24,000 nucleotides of DNA, from NCBI RefSeq assembly GCF_016481275.1, contig NZ_JAEMNW010000001.1:1145531-1169530 (forward strand). Reading direction: 5' to 3'. This DNA is from Antrihabitans sp. YC2-6. GTDB taxonomy: Bacteria > Actinomycetota > Actinomycetes > Mycobacteriales > Mycobacteriaceae. Positions 22,421 through 24,000 of this stretch are shown here, in pieces (the first letter of the stretch is position 1; each line of letters begins with the position of its first letter). The translations under genes were made by a program, and so were the position numbers. The notes below the pieces were generated by a model. That model worked only from the letters and a program-made list of their open reading frames with translations, had not been told where the DNA came from and made no database searches.

Positions 22421-24000
22421 TCACTTCCGTCGCATGCGCATGTAGTCGCCGACCACAGCCGCACCGAGTCCGTCGAGATCAGGGGCAACCACCCGACCAC
22501 CGACCCGCCGTGCGATGCGATCAATGAACCTGGCGAGCCCCGGATGTTCGCCCAGCCGGAAGAACGTGACCTGCGCTTTCAGTTTGGCGAGGTTGTCCAA
22601 CTCGCGGATCGTCAGCGACAGGGTCCGCATGCTCGGCGGGTAGTCGAAATGCGCATAACCCTCCGGTTCCAGGTGCGCGGTCGGCTCTCCGTCGGTCACG
22701 ATCAACACGACCGGCTGTGCGTTCGGATTGCGACGCAGGTGCCGACCGGCCAACAGCAGCGCATGGTGCAGGTTTGTGCCCTGCTCGTAGGCCCCGTCGA
22801 GCCCTGCCAGCTCAGCGGTGGTCAAAGTCCTTGCGTGCCTGCCGAACCCGATGAGTTGCAGATCGTCGCCGCGAAAACGGGTCGAGATCAGATGGTTCAG
22901 AGCCAACGCCGTGCGCTTCATCGGCACCCAGCGGCCCTCGATCACCATCGAGAACGACGTGTCGACCAGCAAGGCGACAGCCGCCTGTTCGCGTTGTTCG
23001 GTCTCGGCAACTTCGACGTCGGATACCTGCAGCCGCACCGGAATTCGACCGGGATCACGTAGCACCGCGTTCGTGATCGTCCGCGTGACGTCCCACGGCT
23101 CGGTGTCGCCGAACGCCCATTCCCGACTCGCTCCGGTCGGCTCCCCCATCGCGCCGGCCTTGCGCGTTTCACGTTCACCGCGACGCCCGGACAGGCTGCC
23201 CGCAACATCACGCAGAGCCGATTCACCCAGGCGCCGCATGGCTTTCGGCGAGAGCCGCCATTGGCCGTCGGCACCCTTGTCGAGAAAACCCTCCTGCTGC
23301 AACGCCTTTTCGAGTTCGGCGAGGGTTTTCACGTCGGCCGCGGCCTCGTTCCCGAGGTGTTTGGCCAACAGTTCCAGGTCGATGTCATCGAGGTCGGCAC
23401 CCGCGTGCTGCTGCGAAAGTTGATCGCCGAGTTGCTCCAGCTCCGAAATCTCCTGCAGTGCATCGGTTCCCTCTCCGAGGCCCATGCCCTGGTCACCGCG
23501 GAAGCGCTCGGAACCTTCCCAGTCCTCACCCGGCCTGGCCATGCGGAGGTGCCGATCGAGGCGGCCGAGCTGGTTCATCAGCGACGGACTGCCGAATGCC
23601 TGCTGCGCCAACGCATCCAGTTCAGCCCGCTGCTCGGGCGACAGGCTGTTGCGCAGCCGCTGGGCGGCTGCCGCACGCCGCGCGAGCGAATCGAGCAGCT
23701 CGTCGACATTCTTCGGGTTCTCAGGAAAGAACTCGCCGTGTTTGTCCATGAACTCGGCGAATCGTTCGTCGGTGTCGTCGCCGCGGCCATGGGCGTCGAG
23801 CAGATCGTTGAGGTCCGACAGCATGTCGTCGATCCGTTGCCGGTCCTCGTCGGTTGCCCCCTCGAGGGCTTGCTTCATGCCCGCGAACCGTTGATCGAGT
23901 AACTCCCGACCGAGGAGGTCCCTGATCTTCTCGTAGTCCGCGCGGGCCTGGGAGCTTCGCCAGTCGTAGTCCGCCAACTCCTGCACGGCCTGCGCCGTGG
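22421..24000 (-). CDS. VWA (von Willebrand factor A) domain-containing protein, 5' end outside window
   Basis: MIDAS-type motif LLVDTSFSM, and VVLIVTDGEPTAH near the C-terminus. The acidic, helical N-terminal part stays open upstream of the first listed start (23986) to the window edge. Confidence 0.8.
   Translation of the reverse strand, partial: TAQAVQELADYDWRSSQARADYEKIRDLLGRELLDQRFAGMKQALEGATDEDRQRIDDMLSDLNDLLDAHGRGDDTDERFAEFMDKHGEFFPENPKNVDELLDSLARRAAAAQRLRNSLSPEQRAELDALAQQAFGSPSLMNQLGRLDRHLRMARPGEDWEGSERFRGDQGMGLGEGTDALQEISELEQLGDQLSQQHAGADLDDIDLELLAKHLGNEAAADVKTLAELEKALQQEGFLDKGADGQWRLSPKAMRRLGESALRDVAGSLSGRRGERETRKAGAMGEPTGASREWAFGDTEPWDVTRTITNAVLRDPGRIPVRLQVSDVEVAETEQREQAAVALLVDTSFSMVIEGRWVPMKRTALALNHLISTRFRGDDLQLIGFGRHARTLTTAELAGLDGAYEQGTNLHHALLLAGRHLRRNPNAQPVVLIVTDGEPTAHLEPEGYAHFDYPPSMRTLSLTIRELDNLAKLKAQVTFFRLGEHPGLARFIDRIARRVGGRVVAPDLDGLGAAVVGDYMRMRRK

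Noticed and set aside
1-24000. CRISPR arrays, IS elements, prophage or toxin-antitoxin modules
   Set aside because: I saw no regularly spaced repeat arrays, transposase or integrase ORFs, terminal inverted repeats around ORFs, or small paired ORFs of TA type on either strand.

Overview
This is a high-GC actinobacterial chromosome segment. Gene content suggests Mycobacteriales of the Rhodococcus/Nocardia type, but the genus cannot be determined from the sequence alone. Most of the window is a conserved core neighbourhood that I recognise from Mycobacterium tuberculosis Rv0979A-Rv0996. It contains rpmF, mprA-mprB-pepD-moaB, mscL, a SAF-domain gene, an FmdB/Ruc-type zinc-ribbon gene behind a CIRCE operator, 5-formyl-THF cyclo-ligase, galU, moeA (gephyrin-like Glp type), a RimJ-like GNAT, the SepX/GlpR membrane protein and tRNA-Ala(CGC). 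Four less conserved modules sit around this core. (1) 1-6264, minus strand: two tandem GyrI-like genes, then a translationally coupled pair (an uncharacterised GNAT/autoinducer-synthase-like ORF and an E1/ThiF-like Rv1355c/MoeY-type ORF), then a GAF-GGDEF-EAL protein and an MFS transporter. This is my best candidate for an undescribed system. (2) An MspA-family porin gene with a roughly 615-bp A/T-richer upstream region lies between moaB and mscL, flanked by strong hairpins. (3) A zinc-starvation divergon: a COG0523 paralogue with a degenerate P-loop, then rpmE2 and rpmF, divergent from rpmB-rpmG-rpsN-rpsR (all Cys-less forms), separated by two near-identical 19-bp Zur-like boxes. (4) A B-lectin/LysM protein and a partial VWA protein. 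No CRISPR array, transposase, integrase or phage genes were seen. Many long ORFs in the track are off-frame or antisense artefacts of high GC content. Gene starts were re-derived by hand and several remain uncertain.
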